From an uncultured Chloroflexia bacterium (GTDB taxonomy: Bacteria > Chloroflexota > Chloroflexia > QHBQ01 > JADMIH01), in contig CAWCNY010000008.1 of NCBI GenBank assembly GCA_963797095.1, positions 64,001-128,000 of the forward strand: DNA of 64,000 bases, given 5' to 3'. The notes below the pieces were generated by a model. That model saw only the letters and a program-made list of their open reading frames with translations. It had not been told where the DNA came from and did no database searches. Made by a program: the position numbers and the translations under genes. Below, one piece after another: positions 61,566 through 64,000 of this stretch; the stretch's first letter is position 1, and every line of letters begins with the position of its first letter.

Positions 61566-62255
61566 ATGGCAGTCAATACAGCAAACTCCAAAGCCCCAAA
61601 AGCTCACAAGGGATATAAAGGCATCGCCATGGAAGGGCCTATCGCCACCTGGTACGCTCGGAATACTCGCTCCAGGATCGAGGATCAGCGGCGGTTAGCA
61701 CACCTTTTCGCCGAGAGTGTCCCTGTGGGGGGCCGCGTGCTGGAAGTTGCACCTGGCCCGGGCTATCTATCAATTGAGCTTGCCAGGTTGGGGAAGTTTC
61801 GGGTCACGGGCCTCGATATCAGTCAAACCTTTGTCAAAATCGAGCGGCAGAATGCAGCGGAGGCAGGTGTCAACATTGATTTTAACCACGGAGATGCTAC
61901 CAACATGCCGTTTGAGGATAACAGCTTTGACTTTGCCGGGTGCGTAGCTGCTTTCAAGAATTTCGCACAACCTGTCCAGGCCCTCAACGAGTTCTCCCGG
62001 GTCCTCAAACCCGGCGGAACGGCCATGATCGTAGATCTTCGGCGAGATGCCTCCATCGAAGACCTCAATCAGGAAGTAAAGAGGATGAAGCTCAACCCAC
62101 TAAACGCATTCCTCACCAGGTGGACGTTCAGACATGTGCTGCTCAAGAACGCCTACACCCGAGGCGAGTTCGAAGCGCTTGTGGCCGGGACGAACTTCAA
62201 ACAGTGCGATATTCAGAACGACCTGATCGGCATGGAGATAACGCTCAAAAGATAG
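61566..62255 (+). CDS. class I SAM-dependent methyltransferase
   Basis: 'VLEVAPGPG', 'GLDIS', 'PFEDNSFD', 'RVLKPGG'. Confidence 0.92.
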   Translation: MAVNTANSKAPKAHKGYKGIAMEGPIATWYARNTRSRIEDQRRLAHLFAESVPVGGRVLEVAPGPGYLSIELARLGKFRVTGLDISQTFVKIERQNAAEAGVNIDFNHGDATNMPFEDNSFDFAGCVAAFKNFAQPVQALNEFSRVLKPGGTAMIVDLRRDASIEDLNQEVKRMKLNPLNAFLTRWTFRHVLLKNAYTRGEFEALVAGTNFKQCDIQNDLIGMEITLKR

Positions 62256-62286
62256 GCCAACATAAGGCGTAGAATAGAGTCGTTTC

Positions 62287-62325
62287 GGGGCCAGGGATGG
62301 CGATACGGTTGCGATCCCTGGCCCC
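62287..62325. terminator. GC-rich hairpin
   Basis: GGGGCCAGGGAT...ATCCCTGGCCCC. Confidence 0.55.
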
Positions 62326-62633
62326 TCGCTATGCGGCCTATATAGTACGAAAGTTCCGCCTCACCATTACTTAATGCTCAGTCCTACTTCTTGAGATTAA
62401 TTCGCCGGTCACCCTATACTACCATTGATCGTGCCATGCCAGGTACCGGCAGATGGCATATCAAGTATGGGCATTCAGCACCGGGTAACACCTTACCTGA
62501 CCGGCTTATTACCCGGCTTATTCTTCGTTTGTAAATGTTGACCTGGGGCCGGCCAAAACTCGTCACTCGTCACAAATGATCCTTCATGAGCGATATCGCC
62601 GGGACGCTACACTGAAATGAGGGTGCTGCACAT

Positions 62634-63413
62634 ATGGAAGCCATAAACAGACAACTCGACGCCCAGGAGCTTGGAGAGAAACAGGAGCGATCCCTTGCCC
62701 GCATGGAGGAAGCCACAAGCTACCTCATCGGCATGGTCGAAAACCTTCATATAGGGGATATGGCTATGGTCGAAGATATGAAGTACCACCTCCATATCCT
62801 CCAAACCGAGCAGGAAACCTTCAAATCCACTCTCACCAGGCAGAAAATGCAGTTAGCCTTCTACGGTTCATTCGACAAGCTGATTTACGATACCATCCAG
62901 CAGCCTGTATCCCAGGCAATTGACGTGGTACGCTCCATCGTTGAGCAGGCCGAGCGACAGGCCGCCTCCATGGTAGAAGAAGCCCAGCACGAGCGCGACC
63001 TCATCCTGTCCAAAGCTCGTTTGCAGGCGAAGAAGATAAAGAGCAACGCCAACCAGGCTGCAACCAACGGTCCTGCGCAGGCCATGTCTATGTTTCCCAC
63101 CACGCCCCTGCATCACCAGATGGACAAACAGACCGAACTGGTGGTCTCCGGCTTCAAGACATTCAGCCAGACGGTGGAGTTCCAGAAGGCGCTCATGTCC
63201 ATTCCTGAGATCACACACGCCAAGGTACGACTTATACAAAGGGGCCTGGTGAACCTGGAAGTGCGCCACGAGCCGGGCACCGACCTCGCCGAATGCATCG
63301 CTCAGCTTCCGGGCTTCGTATTCCGTACCGTGGCACAGGAGCAAGGTCTGCTCACCCTTGCCCTCGAGTCGGATTTGCCTTCCCACCAATCCCCGCCGGA
63401 ACCGGCAGAGTAA
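62634..63413 (+). CDS. hypothetical coiled-coil protein
   Basis: 259-aa ORF with 'EQAERQA..MVEEAQ.E...I' coil and a small alpha/beta C-terminal domain. Confidence 0.7.
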   Translation: MEAINRQLDAQELGEKQERSLARMEEATSYLIGMVENLHIGDMAMVEDMKYHLHILQTEQETFKSTLTRQKMQLAFYGSFDKLIYDTIQQPVSQAIDVVRSIVEQAERQAASMVEEAQHERDLILSKARLQAKKIKSNANQAATNGPAQAMSMFPTTPLHHQMDKQTELVVSGFKTFSQTVEFQKALMSIPEITHAKVRLIQRGLVNLEVRHEPGTDLAECIAQLPGFVFRTVAQEQGLLTLALESDLPSHQSPPEPAE

Positions 63414-63431
63414 TAAGTCCCAGGACAAAAG

Positions 63432-63641
63432 TTGCAAGAATACTTACTGGCATTACTGGGCAGGATATGGCAGGTAATACACATCTGCGTGATCGTGCTC
63501 GTCTGGTTAGCCGTCTTCCTCGGGGCGTTCCTGGGTTATTTCGGATTGCTCGGAGTGGCGGTGGCTCTGTCGCTCTGTATCACTTACCTTATCGTGGCGC
63601 GCCGCGAGAAACAACGCTCCAAGAGCAACAAGCCCTGGTAA
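63432..63641 (+). CDS. small 2-TM membrane protein
   Basis: Hydrophobic ORF with basic tail, AGGA upstream, fills the operon gap. Confidence 0.6.
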   Translation: MQEYLLALLGRIWQVIHICVIVLVWLAVFLGAFLGYFGLLGVAVALSLCITYLIVARREKQRSKSNKPW

Positions 63642-63658
63642 GTCAATAAGATACCGAG

Positions 63659-64000
63659 ATGATCACCGCACCAGTTTCTACCTCAAAACAAATCATATCG
63701 CTTGCAGGGCTCGTCCCGAACCCTGATGCGTTGCTGTTGCTTCAACCCCACGAAGCCTACGCCTGGAAGGTGCTGCCGCTAGGCTGGGAAAAGGAGAAAC
63801 TGGTCGTCGCCACCCCGCAGCCGCTCGAACCCCTCCAACTGAGTATGCTCAGGTTGAGGACCAGGTGGTCGATCATTCAGCGCGTCTGCTCTGAGATAGA
63901 GCTAAAGATAGCGCTGGACAAGTATTACGGCAAGCCAAGCCAGCCCCGGAACACGCTCCGCTCAATCGATCCGCTAGCCTTGTTGCGCGCCCTCGACATA
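63659..64000 (+). CDS. protein with GspE/PilB N-terminal (T2SSE_N) domain, 3' partial
   Basis: 'EAYAWKVLPL.....LVVATPQP.....L.LRT......CSEIELKIALDKYYG', open to the window end. Confidence 0.7.
   Translation, partial: MITAPVSTSKQIISLAGLVPNPDALLLLQPHEAYAWKVLPLGWEKEKLVVATPQPLEPLQLSMLRLRTRWSIIQRVCSEIELKIALDKYYGKPSQPRNTLRSIDPLALLRALDI

Noticed and set aside
62340-62630. Possible c-di-GMP riboswitch upstream of the T2SSE_N-domain operon
   Set aside because: Short repeats and hairpins only; the GEMM consensus was not found.

Overview
GC-rich bacterial window, most consistent with a Chloroflexota genome (inference from the MalT-like LuxR/DUF4386 modules, SLH proteins and Pro/Thr-linker lipoproteins). 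It is mostly accessory DNA. It holds three MalT-like STAND-LuxR regulators with repeated small-protein/DUF4386 output cassettes. A putative defence operon (hypothetical + two BrxD/DUF2791-like ATPases + Lhr-like helicase) is interleaved with toxin-antitoxin modules. Mobile elements are two tandem IS110s with recognisable bridge-RNA-like leaders, IS1182 and IS982 remnants and a 132-bp MITE. There is a heterodimeric ABC exporter with an attenuator-like leader, and a sugar ABC importer preceded by an unusual two-component system whose histidine kinase has a catalytically degenerate ABC ATPase domain as its only input. Several single-base frameshifts, mostly in homopolymers, may be sequencing errors. 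No rRNA, tRNA or CRISPR array was seen. Family names come from motif recognition, not database searches.
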